Source: Candidatus Latescibacterota bacterium
Lineage (GTDB): Bacteria; Latescibacterota; UBA2968; UBA8231
Assembly: GCA_964291625.2 (NCBI GenBank)
Contig: OZ220089.1
Coordinates: 2,432,001-2,496,000 of the forward strand
Direction: 5' to 3'
Length of the DNA stretch: 64,000 nucleotides
Shown: positions 49,310 through 59,129 of the stretch, in pieces
Numbering within the stretch: position 1 is the stretch's first letter
Layout: every line of letters begins with the position of its first letter
Position numbers and translations under genes: made by a program
Notes under the pieces: model-generated
Database searches by the model: none
What the model saw: the letters and a program-made list of their open reading frames with translations, nothing else
What the model was told of the DNA's origin: nothing

Positions 49310-50335
49310 GTGGCCCGGACCAAGAGAAGGGCCCCGGCCCGCCCGGCGGCCCCGAAGAGGCCCAGCCGGCGGCGCCCGGTTCGGGTGGCCGTCATCGGCG
49401 CGGGAGGCCGCGCCACCAGCGCCCACTACCCGTGCCTGGTGGAACTGCCCAACTGCGATCTCCTGGCCGCCTGCGACCTCGACGAGGCCCGGCTGGAGCA
49501 GGTCTGCGACCGCTTCGGCATCCCCGGGAGGTACGGCAGCTACGAGGAGATGATCGGCGCCGAGCGGCCCGACGCCGTGTACGCCATCATGCCGCCCCAG
49601 CACCTCTACGACGTGGCCGCCACGGTGCTGGACATGGGGTGCCACCTCTTCGTCGAGAAGCCCCCCGCCGTGACCACCGAGCAGGTGCGCCAGCTGGCTG
49701 CCATCGCCCGTCGGCGGAAGGTGCTCACCGGGGTCACATTCCAGCGCCGATTCTCGCCCCTGATCCGCCAGGGCAAGGCGCGCTGCGAGGAGCGCGGACC
49801 CGTGCACACGGCCCATGCTTCGTTCTACAAGAACCAGGTCGGCGGCGACCCCTACTACAAGGGGGCCATGGACATGCTCACCTGCGACGGCATCCACGCC
49901 GTCGACACCCTGCGCTACCTGTGCGGGGGAGAGGTGGTCAGCGTGGCCTCCGACAACCGCCGCCTCGACGCCGGCCACTGGAACATCCACCTGGCCCTGG
50001 TGCGGTTCTCCTCCGGCGCCACCGGCCTGCTGCTGAACAACTTCATGGCCGGCCGGCGGAGCTTCTCGGTTGAGATCCACTCCGCCGGCGTCAGCTTCTA
50101 CGGGGATCCGGAGGAGGGCGGCCAGCTCTTCGCCGACGACCGCGCCGACCCCATCGAGCGGCTCGACCCGGCGGAGCTGGCCGGCGGCAGCGAGCCCTGG
50201 CGCGCCTACGGCGCCTGGGACACCAACGCCCACTTCCTGGAGTGCCTGCGCCGCGGGGTGGCTCCCGAAACGAACTTCGAGGACGCCATCCGCACCATGG
50301 AGCTGGTGGACGCCGTCTACGGCAGCCAGATCTAG
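49310..50335 (+). CDS. Gfo/Idh/MocA oxidoreductase
   Basis: VAVIGAGG, FVEKPP, FQRRFSP, DGIHAVD. Confidence 0.92.
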   Translation: MARTKRRAPARPAAPKRPSRRRPVRVAVIGAGGRATSAHYPCLVELPNCDLLAACDLDEARLEQVCDRFGIPGRYGSYEEMIGAERPDAVYAIMPPQHLYDVAATVLDMGCHLFVEKPPAVTTEQVRQLAAIARRRKVLTGVTFQRRFSPLIRQGKARCEERGPVHTAHASFYKNQVGGDPYYKGAMDMLTCDGIHAVDTLRYLCGGEVVSVASDNRRLDAGHWNIHLALVRFSSGATGLLLNNFMAGRRSFSVEIHSAGVSFYGDPEEGGQLFADDRADPIERLDPAELAGGSEPWRAYGAWDTNAHFLECLRRGVAPETNFEDAIRTMELVDAVYGSQI

Positions 50336-51831
50336 GGAGACCCGACCTGCACGAGGTCGGCGGTGATCTCCGCCTCCACCTCCTCGTCGAGGGGGTAGAT
50401 CGGCCGGGTCACGTTGCGGTAGGGCAGGGACCGCAGGTTGGCGCTCGTCGACCCCGGGCAGTCGACGGGGACGATGCGGTCGGCGATGGCCTCGTAGTAG
50501 GTGCGGAACCCGTTCGGGCTCTTGCAGACTACGAGGTCGAAATCCACCGGGTTCAGCCCTCTCGACTCGAAGACGCGGCGGCCCATGATCGAGACGGGAA
50601 ACTCCGTCGTCATGACGACCGTACCGCCGCTCACCAGGACCGCCGTCCGGCCCGCCCTCGAGGCCTCCCCCGACTCGGTGCGGAAGTGGCCATCGTGGAG
50701 GCTCTGCACGTAGACCTCGCACTCCACCGGCTGGTGCCGCTCGCGGTCGACCGTGCCGCCCAGGGGCACGGTGAGGCGGCTGCCGACGCCGCGCGCGAAG
50801 GCCGCCTCCACGGCGGGAGCATCGACCAGGGGCAGCAGGGCCCGCTTGCGGTACCCGGCCTCGATGAGACACCTCAGGATCCAGTTGCTGTCCCCCGAGG
50901 CGCCGCTGGAAGTCGCGTCCGCCGCGTCGGAGAACACGGTCAGCCCGGGCTCGCGGGCAGCCGCGGCCACGGCCTCTTCCACCGAGACCAGCTCGGCCTG
51001 CATGCTCCCGCGGTGCTCCCACATGAAGCGGGCCAGTTCCTCGGCCAGGTCGCGGGCCATCTGCGGCTCCCCGTCGCTGGTGACGAGGGTGTTGGAGCGC
51101 AGCTCCGGCACGTCGGTGAAGGGGTTGCCGATGTTGACCAGCGCCGACAGCCCCTTCTGCCCGGCCTCGAAGGCCTTGCAGCGGTCGATGGCCCGGCCGA
51201 AGAGCCCGGTCTCCGTGATCAGCTCGTCGCCGCGCACCAGCATGGGAAGCTTCACCCGGGCCGTCGCCGGCCGCACGCCGCCACGCAGCAGCCGCACCAG
51301 CACGGCCGCAGCACGCTGTCCCGTCCGGCGCATGTCGGTATGCGGATAGGTGTGGAGGGCCACGGTGACGTCGGCCGAGCGCACCAGGCGGTCCGTCAGA
51401 ATGGCGTGCAGGTCGTAGGAGGCGACGATCGGCTTGTCCCCCATCATGCTCCGCACCTGCTCCAGGATCCGGCCCTCCGGGTCGTGCTCCTCGCAGCCGG
51501 CCATGGCGCCGTGGAAGGCGATGTAGGCCCCGTCGGCGTCCTTCGCCGCGGCGATCGCCTCCAGCATCTCGTCGGTCATGCCGTCGAGGTCAGGGGCCGG
51601 CACGGGCCCGCCCGAGGTCACGGAGGACGCCCCGTAGGTGGGGACCACGTCGACCCCCTCCCGGCTGAAGACGTCGAGGCCGCCGGCGATGTAGGTGTTG
51701 GTCCCCGCGTAGCGCTCGATCAACTCCCCGCCTTGGGAGATGTCGAAGCGGTCCCGGGTGGTGAGGCCGGGGTTGAAGTGGGACGTCTCCTGGAAGAAGA
51801 AGGCGGTCAGGACCTTCCGGCGCGCCGTCAT
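50332..51831 (-). CDS. M81 family metallopeptidase (MlrC-like), second paralog
   Basis: FQETSHFNP, AFHGAM, DPEG, SYDLHA, TYPHTD, DATSSGASGD, VCKSP. Confidence 0.9.
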   Translation of the reverse strand: MTARRKVLTAFFFQETSHFNPGLTTRDRFDISQGGELIERYAGTNTYIAGGLDVFSREGVDVVPTYGASSVTSGGPVPAPDLDGMTDEMLEAIAAAKDADGAYIAFHGAMAGCEEHDPEGRILEQVRSMMGDKPIVASYDLHAILTDRLVRSADVTVALHTYPHTDMRRTGQRAAAVLVRLLRGGVRPATARVKLPMLVRGDELITETGLFGRAIDRCKAFEAGQKGLSALVNIGNPFTDVPELRSNTLVTSDGEPQMARDLAEELARFMWEHRGSMQAELVSVEEAVAAAAREPGLTVFSDAADATSSGASGDSNWILRCLIEAGYRKRALLPLVDAPAVEAAFARGVGSRLTVPLGGTVDRERHQPVECEVYVQSLHDGHFRTESGEASRAGRTAVLVSGGTVVMTTEFPVSIMGRRVFESRGLNPVDFDLVVCKSPNGFRTYYEAIADRIVPVDCPGSTSANLRSLPYRNVTRPIYPLDEEVEAEITADLVQVGSP

Positions 51832-52202
51832 CCTCCGCTCCGTTTCACCCGCCAGCCCCGCTCCTCCAGGGCCCGCACCAAGCGGTCCCGGTGGTCCCCC
51901 TGGATCTCGACGATCCCGTCCCGCACGGTGCCGCCCGCCCCGCACAGGGCCTTCAGCTCCCTGGCCAGCGCCTCCAGCTCATCGCCGCGGACCGTCAGGC
52001 CCGTCAGGATCGTCACCCCCTTGCCCTTGCGGCCTTTGGTCTCCCGGCCGACGCGGACGATGCCGTCCGCCGGTGCAGCCTGCGCGGCTGGCCTCCCCGT
52101 GCCGCCACGCCGCGTGTCCCTCCGACCCTTGGGCCTCTCCCCGCGGACGTCGCCAGTGCCGGTGGAGTAGACCAGCTCCGAGTTGCGGTTCCGCGCCTTC
52201 AT
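51828..52202 (-). CDS. yciH: Translation initiation factor Sui1/YciH
   Basis: LVYSTG, RETKGRKGKGVT, LK..CGAGGTV.DG.VEIQGDHR, KRSGG. Confidence 0.95.
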   Translation of the reverse strand: MKARNRNSELVYSTGTGDVRGERPKGRRDTRRGGTGRPAAQAAPADGIVRVGRETKGRKGKGVTILTGLTVRGDELEALARELKALCGAGGTVRDGIVEIQGDHRDRLVRALEERGWRVKRSGG

Positions 52203-53027
52203 CGGAAGTAGAGCCTCCGGGCCGTGCCGCCGAGGATGTGCTCGCGGTCCTCTGCGGTGAAGTAGTCGATCATCTCCGCCATGATCAGGTACTCGTAGTA
52301 GTTGGCCCACAGCATCCGCTCGGGGCCGAAGGCGTCGTAGACCCGGCGCAGGTACGGCCACATGTCGCGGAAGGGCAGCCCCTGGCGGGACGGGTTGTGG
52401 AGCGAGGTGCGGATGTGGACGTTCGGCAGCCGGTGCAGGTCCAGGAGGGGGCCGATGCCCTCCTCGTCCGGGCGCCCGATGTCCATCATGGCGAAGTGGT
52501 CGATGACGACGTCGACGCCGGGGTGCCGGTCCGCCATGTCGGCCACCTGGCCGATCTGCTCCGGGGCGAGGAAGATGTTGAAGGTGGCGCCGAGGTCGGC
52601 GGCCTTGCGCCACAGGGGATCGCAGACCGGGTCGTTCAGCCAGACGGCCTCGCGGTCGTAGATCGGGCTCAGCCGCAGCCCGGCGAGCCCGCCTTCGGCG
52701 ACCAGCTCCTCCAGCCGCTCGGCGTTGCGCCTCTCCATCGGCGGGGGGAAAGAGCCGGGCGCCGACGAGGAGGCCGATCGCCGCGAACCGTTCCGGCCAG
52801 CGCTTCACGCAGTGCACGGCGTAGTCGTTGTTGCGGCCGTAGTAGCAGACGTGGCTGATCACGGTGCGGTCGACGCCGTGTTGCTGCATCAGCGCGATCA
52901 GGTCCTCCCCCGACTGCTCGTGATCGGGCCTCGCCCGCGGGCAGCTGGAGACGGCCGGATCGATGGGGAAGCGGTCGTCGTGCAGGACCCAGGCGTGCTC
53001 GGCGCCGTCGATGACGGGCGCGCTCAC
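52199..53027 (-). pseudogene. Amidohydrolase_2 family protein, frameshifted near 52735
   Basis: N-half VIDGAEHAW...YYGRNNDY and C-half GLRLSPIY...VIDHFA...FGPERMLWAN are in different frames; both ends are coupled to neighbours by start/stop overlaps. Confidence 0.8.
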
Positions 53028-54883
53028 CCGCTCACCCCCCAGGAGTAGACGTGGGAACCGCTGCCGAAGTAGACGCGGCCGTCGAGGTGATCGCCGCCGG
53101 GACCGATGGGCACCGGCGACTCGGCCCGCATGCGGATGCCGAAGCGCTCGGCGCCCGCCCCCTCGTCGACGATCTCGGCCACGCCCCGCCGCAGCAGCGC
53201 GAAGCGCTCACCGGCCGGGCCGGTGACGAAGACCCGCGGCCCCTGCTGGCCGCAGGTCCGCCCAAGCTGCGCCTCCACGTCCAGCTCCTGCACAATCTGC
53301 CGCGACCCCGGGTCGAAGGCGAAGAGCCGCGCCGAGTCGGCGAACCCGAGGACCAGGCCGTCCGGCCCCAGGGACAGGTCCGTGTACGACGAGACCCCTT
53401 CCAGGACCACCCCGCGCCAGGTCACCGCTCCCTCGTCGAGGTCGACGATGACCATCTCCGCCCGCTCCGCCTTCTGCTCGCCGCCGGTGCCGGGGGCCAC
53501 CGTCATGCCCACCAGCACCTGCCCGCCGGGCAGCTCCGCCAGACTGTGGGGCGCCTGCTCCGGCACCAACTCCGTGTGCTCCAGAAGCTTCCCCTCCTTC
53601 GCGATGCGGTCCCAGATCAGCAGGCCGCCGCCGGTGTACCCGTACCCCGGGGTGCCGCCGAGGACGACCCGCCGGCCGTCGGCCGTGGCCAGCAGGCAGT
53701 GGGGGCGGTTGATCGCCGGCGAGCACTGGGTCCACCAGCGCGGGTTGCCGCTCTCGTCGCCCTTCTCGGTGGCCACCCATTCCCGCGCCGGCTCCCACTC
53801 AAGCAGGAAGCCGCCCCCATAGCCGCCGACGAAGAAGCGGTCGGCGGTGGCGCGCACCGTGTTCCACTGGCCGTAGGCTTCGCGGTTCGTCCACTCGTCG
53901 GCGGCGGGGTCGTAGCGGAAGAACCGCATCGGAAAAGCGGTGCCGCCGCAGATCGTGCCGTCCGGCGCCGCCGCCAGGCCCATGATGTGGGCCCCCTCGC
54001 TGGTGTAGTCGAAGGCCATCTCGCGGCGGCTGCCGTCCGTCTCCTGGACGACCATCCGCTTCTCCACGGTGTCGCAGACCAGCAGCTTCGCCCCGTCCGG
54101 GAAGTCGCGGTGGAACAGCCCCTGGCTGCCGGTGATGATCGCCTTCGGCCGGCGGTTCTCGTGGCGCCCGATCGCCTCGGCCTCTCCCCGGTAGAGCCGC
54201 AACCACTCCCCCTCGGCGCCGGCCCTCGCCTGGCCGTAGACGCGTCCGTCCTCGTCGCGGTAGACGTGGGCCGAGCCCTGGTGGCGCTCCTCCTCGGCCA
54301 GCAGCGGCCTCGCCTCGCCGCCGTCCGGCTCGAGGGCCACGATCTGGCTCGAGGTGTTGCCCACGGCGAAGTAGATCCAGCCGCTGTCGTCGGCGGCGAT
54401 GGTGCGCTGGTACTGGCGCCAGTTCTGGTGGTACACGTGTCCGTAGTCGCGGAAGGCGCGCACCGCCGGATCGAAGCAGGCGACGCCGGAGTCCGGGTAG
54501 CTGGCCAGCCAGATGCGGCCGTCGTCGTCTTCGGTCATGCCCATCGCCATCTGCGGCACCGTGCGGTGGTGGAAGGTGAACTCTCCGGCCGCCGGATCGT
54601 ACTCGCAGAAGTGGCTGTTGAAGTGGGTGTAGAACCGGTTCCGGGTCGACAGGATCGAGGCGAAGGGGCAGTCGCCGCCCGGGTCGAAGGGCACGGGCAC
54701 CTCCAGGGACTCGCCGGTGCCCGCGTCGATCTGCAGCAGCGCGTAGCAGCCGCGGTGGTCGTAGAGCCAGAGCAGCACCACGTTGCGGCCGCCGCCGTCG
54801 ACCGTGGCCGCCGTCCCGCGGTGGTTGCTCACCGGTGTGGCCACCCCGTGGTGGAGGAAGCCGTTGCCCAGATCTTCTCTCAT
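53024..54883 (-). CDS. Beta-propeller repeat hypothetical protein
   Basis: Repeated DDGRIW / DSGWIY / EDGRVY / PDGTIC / PDGLVL / DGRVYF blades; ATGA coupling. Confidence 0.7.
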   Translation of the reverse strand: MREDLGNGFLHHGVATPVSNHRGTAATVDGGGRNVVLLWLYDHRGCYALLQIDAGTGESLEVPVPFDPGGDCPFASILSTRNRFYTHFNSHFCEYDPAAGEFTFHHRTVPQMAMGMTEDDDGRIWLASYPDSGVACFDPAVRAFRDYGHVYHQNWRQYQRTIAADDSGWIYFAVGNTSSQIVALEPDGGEARPLLAEEERHQGSAHVYRDEDGRVYGQARAGAEGEWLRLYRGEAEAIGRHENRRPKAIITGSQGLFHRDFPDGAKLLVCDTVEKRMVVQETDGSRREMAFDYTSEGAHIMGLAAAPDGTICGGTAFPMRFFRYDPAADEWTNREAYGQWNTVRATADRFFVGGYGGGFLLEWEPAREWVATEKGDESGNPRWWTQCSPAINRPHCLLATADGRRVVLGGTPGYGYTGGGLLIWDRIAKEGKLLEHTELVPEQAPHSLAELPGGQVLVGMTVAPGTGGEQKAERAEMVIVDLDEGAVTWRGVVLEGVSSYTDLSLGPDGLVLGFADSARLFAFDPGSRQIVQELDVEAQLGRTCGQQGPRVFVTGPAGERFALLRRGVAEIVDEGAGAERFGIRMRAESPVPIGPGGDHLDGRVYFGSGSHVYSWGVSG

Positions 54884-56157
54884 GATGTCCTCCCGGCGCG
54901 CACCACGCCGCCGTCCTTGACCCGCTCCCAGAGACCTGCCCACTCCTTGGTGCCGTCGTCCTCCCGGGCCGGCTCCACCCGCACGCCCTCCGACCATCCC
55001 GGGCCAGCCTCCGCCATCCCGGCGCCCATGACGCCGGTGTGCACCCGGGTCCCGTCCGGGAAGACCACGGTGTTGATGATCCGAGGCCTCGGGTGGACGT
55101 AGACCTGCCCCGGCGCCAGCGCGTCGAGCGCCTGCCCGGGCACGCGGAACCGCTCCACCGCCTCCTCGTCGATCTCGACGCCCAGTCTCGGGCCCTCGGG
55201 CACGGGCTGGTAGCCGCCGCTCACGGTCACCGGCTTCGTCAGCAGATGATCGGTGTAGAGGTTGATGCAGCTGATCGTCGGCCAGGTGGCGTGGCTGAGC
55301 ACGGCGCCGAGATGGGCGGCCCAGGTGGTGGTCAGGCCGTTGCCGACCAGCTGCAGCCAGAACGGCATCTGGGCCCCGGCGGCCAGCGCCCCCTGGCCCA
55401 TCACCCGGGAGGCCCCGCCGTTGATCACGAAGCCGTCGCAGACCTCCTCGCGAACGGCCGTGACGTAGGGCGGATTGCCGAAGTGCATGGCGATGGGCCG
55501 CGGCACCGAGCGGCGGATCTGGCGGTTCCCGGCCACGTCGTTCTGGGGGATCGGCGTCTCGAACATGGCCACCCGGTCGCAGGCGGCCAGGCGGGTCAGC
55601 ACCGGCACGGCCTGGGCGGCGTTGACCAGCATGCCGTTGGGGTCCAGATCCAGCTTGAAGTGGGGCGGCGTGGCCCCCGTCACCGCCTCGACCTGGGCGT
55701 ACACGTCCCACCAAGGGCGCGGCTTGTTCTTGAAACTGGTGTACCCGGCGGCCACCGCGTCCCGGGCCTCGGCGGCCCAGTCCTCCGGCGAGGCGTGGCT
55801 GCACCACCACGAGATCGGCGTGGCATCCCGCACCCTGGCGCCCAGCAGCCGGTGCACCGGGACCTCGGCGATCCGTCCCACGAGGTCGAAGAGGGCCATC
55901 TGCAGGCCGGCGCCCAGGCCGTCGTCCCACAGCAGCTCCGCCGCGCTGCCGCCGGTGACGCGGCGGACGCCTGCGTCGGTCACCCGCTGATGGGTGTAGT
56001 GGACGACGGTCTCGCCCCAGCCCACGTGGCCGCTCTCGGCCGTGACGCGGCACAGCTCCAGGATCGACCAGTTGTACACGGTGCGCTGCGTGATGCGCTG
56101 CTGGCGTTCGGTGAACGGCACGTCCACCAGGATCCGCTCCACTTCTCTCACTCTCAT
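54880..56157 (-). CDS. Mandelate racemase/muconate lactonizing (enolase superfamily) enzyme
   Basis: VGWGET, MALFDLVG, GYTSFKNK.RPW (KxK), LDPN, ETP, VP.GP.LGVEIDE. Confidence 0.88.
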   Translation of the reverse strand: MRVREVERILVDVPFTERQQRITQRTVYNWSILELCRVTAESGHVGWGETVVHYTHQRVTDAGVRRVTGGSAAELLWDDGLGAGLQMALFDLVGRIAEVPVHRLLGARVRDATPISWWCSHASPEDWAAEARDAVAAGYTSFKNKPRPWWDVYAQVEAVTGATPPHFKLDLDPNGMLVNAAQAVPVLTRLAACDRVAMFETPIPQNDVAGNRQIRRSVPRPIAMHFGNPPYVTAVREEVCDGFVINGGASRVMGQGALAAGAQMPFWLQLVGNGLTTTWAAHLGAVLSHATWPTISCINLYTDHLLTKPVTVSGGYQPVPEGPRLGVEIDEEAVERFRVPGQALDALAPGQVYVHPRPRIINTVVFPDGTRVHTGVMGAGMAEAGPGWSEGVRVEPAREDDGTKEWAGLWERVKDGGVVRAGRTS

Positions 56158-57440
56158 GGGATCAACCTCCCGACGTCGTCGCCGCTGGCCTGGCACCAGG
56201 CCCGCAGCCGCTCGCGGCAGGCCTCCAACTCATCGCCGTGGCGGGCCTCCACGGCGAGGTTGACCATCTCCCCCGGGTCGGAGTCCAGGTCGACGAGCTG
56301 CTCCCGGCCGCGGCCGAGGGCGTAGACGCTGTACTTGCGGCGCTCGCCCACCAGGGCCCGGGCCAGCGCCGGTCCGCCGGGGCCGTCGCCGATGCCTGTG
56401 ATCGTCTCCACCACCAACTCCCGCCGCCAGTCCGGGGGCGGCTCTCCCGCCAGCAGGGGCCCGAGGCTGCGCCCCGCCAGGTCCTCGGGGGCCTCGGCGC
56501 CGGCGGCCTCGCAGATCGTCGGCAGCAGGTCGAGTCCGTTGGAGACCAGCCGCTCCTCCACGCGGCCTCCTCCCCGCACGCCGGGGCCGCGGGCCAGCAG
56601 CGGCACCCGGATCACCTCCTCCCACAAGGCCGTCTTGCCGTTCCAGCGGTGGGCGCCGTGACCGTCGCCGTGATCTGAGGTGAGCAGGATCAGGGTGTCG
56701 TCCCACCGCCCGGCGTCGCGCACCGCCTCCAGGAGGCGGCCGATCTCGGCGTCCACCTTCTCCACGATGCGGAAGTACTGGTGCCGGAAGCGCCGCCACT
56801 CCTCGGCCGTGAATCCCGCCGCCGCGTAGACCCGCCGCGTGTGGGCCTGCACCCAGCGGAGGATCTCCGGGCCGTACGGCGGCTCCTCGAGGTTGGCCGG
56901 CAGGTTCGGGCACTCGGCCAGCGACGCCGGCCCGGGCACCGGCCCCTGGGGCAGCGGCTGCGAGCGCGCCAGCTGGCAGACGTCGTGGGGATTCAGGAAG
57001 GAGGCGAAGAGGAAGAAGGGCTCCCCGCCGGACCTCAGGAACCCGGCCGAGGCCTCGGGGATCTCGTCGTCCCGGGGCCCGCACAGCACCTCCAGGCCGG
57101 CCTCCTCCGGCGTGATGCCGGGGACGTGCCACTTGCCGGCCAGGGCGCCGCGGTACCCGGCGCCGCGCAGCAGGCGGCCCAGCGTCTGCCCGTGGAGGGC
57201 CTCGCGCAGCGGCTCGTGGTTGCTGGTGACGCCCGTCTCGTGGGGCATGCGGCCGGTGACGTAGCTCGACCGAGCCGGCGCGCACAGGGGATGGGTGCAG
57301 TAGGCCCGGGAGAAGCGCACCCCTTCAACCGCCAGGAGATCCATGTTGGGCGTGCGCAGATCCTGGTTGCCGGCGCAACTGATGGCCGAAGACGACTGCT
57401 GATCGGTGCTGATCAGCAGGATGTTGGGCCGCTCCTTCAA
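56154..57440 (-). CDS. Cys-type sulfatase
   Basis: RPNILLISTDQ, TPNMD.LA, CAPARS (CxPxR), GKWH, NPHD, TSDHGD. Confidence 0.93.
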   Translation of the reverse strand: MKERPNILLISTDQQSSSAISCAGNQDLRTPNMDLLAVEGVRFSRAYCTHPLCAPARSSYVTGRMPHETGVTSNHEPLREALHGQTLGRLLRGAGYRGALAGKWHVPGITPEEAGLEVLCGPRDDEIPEASAGFLRSGGEPFFLFASFLNPHDVCQLARSQPLPQGPVPGPASLAECPNLPANLEEPPYGPEILRWVQAHTRRVYAAAGFTAEEWRRFRHQYFRIVEKVDAEIGRLLEAVRDAGRWDDTLILLTSDHGDGHGAHRWNGKTALWEEVIRVPLLARGPGVRGGGRVEERLVSNGLDLLPTICEAAGAEAPEDLAGRSLGPLLAGEPPPDWRRELVVETITGIGDGPGGPALARALVGERRKYSVYALGRGREQLVDLDSDPGEMVNLAVEARHGDELEACRERLRAWCQASGDDVGRLIP

Positions 57441-58195
57441 GCGACGCCGACGCTCTTCAGGTGGTTGACGCAGCGGGCCACCTTGGCCGCCAGGTCGTCC
57501 GGGGCCCGGCGATCGAAGACGGGCCCCTCCAGCTCCATGCAGCAGGCGGACCCGTACCCGGCCTCGCCGAGGACCTCGTAGACCTCGGCGAAGTCGACGA
57601 CGCCCTCGCCGAAGACCGGGAAGTCGTGGTCGTGGTAGCCGCCGCTGGTCTCCTTCAGGTGCACGCCGCGCACGTGGGAGACGCAGCGGCGAAGCTGATC
57701 GACGGTGTCGATGCCGTGGTTGTAGTAGTGGACGTTGGCCGTGTCGTAGTTGACGCCAACCCAGGGGTGGTCGACGGCGGCCATGGTCGCCTCCATGCGG
57801 TCGGCGTTGGTGCACAACTCCGGGTGGGTCTCCAGGGCCAGGTACACCTCGTGGGGGCCGACGGCGTCGCCCAGCCTGCGCAGCCGCTCGCCGGCCTCGG
57901 CCAGGGAGATGCCCTCGCCGCCGGCGCTGGCGAACAGGTAGTCGGCCCCGAGATCGGCTGCCACCGCCGCCTGGGCGGCCATCCGCGCCGGCAGGCCGTC
58001 GTCCTCCAGAGGACAGAGGACGCTCAGGGAGGTCACCCGAAGGCCGTGCGGCTCCAGCGCCGCCGACGCCGCCGGCGCCGTGAGGCCATCGCTCCAGACC
58101 ATCTCGATGCCCTGCACCCCGGTCTCGGCGATGCGGGCCCAGGGCAGACTCGGGCCCTCCAGGGTTCCAGCGCGGTAGGACAGCAGGTTGCTCAC
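57437..58195 (-). CDS. Sugar phosphate isomerase/epimerase (xylose isomerase-like TIM barrel)
   Basis: GIE, ALETH, NYDTAN, VHLKE, FGEGVVDF, MELE. Confidence 0.9.
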   Translation of the reverse strand: MSNLLSYRAGTLEGPSLPWARIAETGVQGIEMVWSDGLTAPAASAALEPHGLRVTSLSVLCPLEDDGLPARMAAQAAVAADLGADYLFASAGGEGISLAEAGERLRRLGDAVGPHEVYLALETHPELCTNADRMEATMAAVDHPWVGVNYDTANVHYYNHGIDTVDQLRRCVSHVRGVHLKETSGGYHDHDFPVFGEGVVDFAEVYEVLGEAGYGSACCMELEGPVFDRRAPDDLAAKVARCVNHLKSVGVA

Positions 58196-58375
58196 GGATC
58201 TCCCTCCCTCTCTTCGCCCGGACCGGGATTCGGACCGGCGGCAGCCAAAGAAGCGGCCCTTCCCACCCGCCCACAACCCGTGAGGTTGCCGCCGCAGTGC
58301 CCGCCGGGTTTCCTTTGCCGATGGCCGTCCCCCTGATCGCGCCGCCCGTTCCGTCCCCGGACCCAAGGAACCCCG

Positions 58376-59116
58376 ATGAGCCCTCTCGACCCCGGACAGA
58401 TCGACCTCTTCAAGCGCCAGGGATACCTCGTCCTCGAGGGGCTGGTCGACCCGGAGACGCTCTCCGCCTGGCGCGACCAGTTCTGGTCCCATGTCGGCGC
58501 CGACCGCGGCGACCCGGCCACCTGGCCCGAGGACTACGTGATCCAGGGCTTCTCCGTCGACCCGCCCCTTGGACAGTTGCCGCGCATGCGGGCGATCATC
58601 GAGCAGCTCGGCGGCGGCATGTTCGGCGGCGGCGGCGGGTCGATGCTGGTGAAATGGCCGGGCCCCGAAGACGCCGCCTGGCAGATGCCGGACTCCGGCC
58701 ATATCGATGGCTACGGCCCGGGCGGCTGGAGCGGCGGCTTCATGCTCGGCGCGACCACGTACATGGACGACGTCGAGCCCGGCGGCGGCGGCTTCGTCTA
58801 CTGGCCCCGCAGCCACGGGCCGGTGCAGGCCTACTTCCGGGAGCACCCGGAGCAGATCGACGGCACTTTCCGTGACCGGGACGACTGGGAGGAACGGCAG
58901 TGGGGGCTGTTCTCGGACGAGTCACCCGACCCGCCCGCCGAGTTCACCGGCCGGGCGGGCGACGTCATCCTCTGGCACTGCTTCCTCTGTCACACGGGAT
59001 CGGGGAACGTGCGGAATCGCCCCAGGCTGGGCGTCTTCGCGCGCTGGCACCGCACCGACCGGGAGGAGATGAAGTACGACGTGCCGGAGGACCTGTGGAA
59101 GTACTGGGCGGTCTGA
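58376..59116 (+). CDS. PhyH family dioxygenase
   Basis: FKRQGYLV, GHIDGY, WPRSH, AGDVILWH..CHTGS.N. Confidence 0.88.
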   Translation: MSPLDPGQIDLFKRQGYLVLEGLVDPETLSAWRDQFWSHVGADRGDPATWPEDYVIQGFSVDPPLGQLPRMRAIIEQLGGGMFGGGGGSMLVKWPGPEDAAWQMPDSGHIDGYGPGGWSGGFMLGATTYMDDVEPGGGGFVYWPRSHGPVQAYFREHPEQIDGTFRDRDDWEERQWGLFSDESPDPPAEFTGRAGDVILWHCFLCHTGSGNVRNRPRLGVFARWHRTDREEMKYDVPEDLWKYWAV

Positions 59117-59129
59117 GCCGCGGCCCGGA

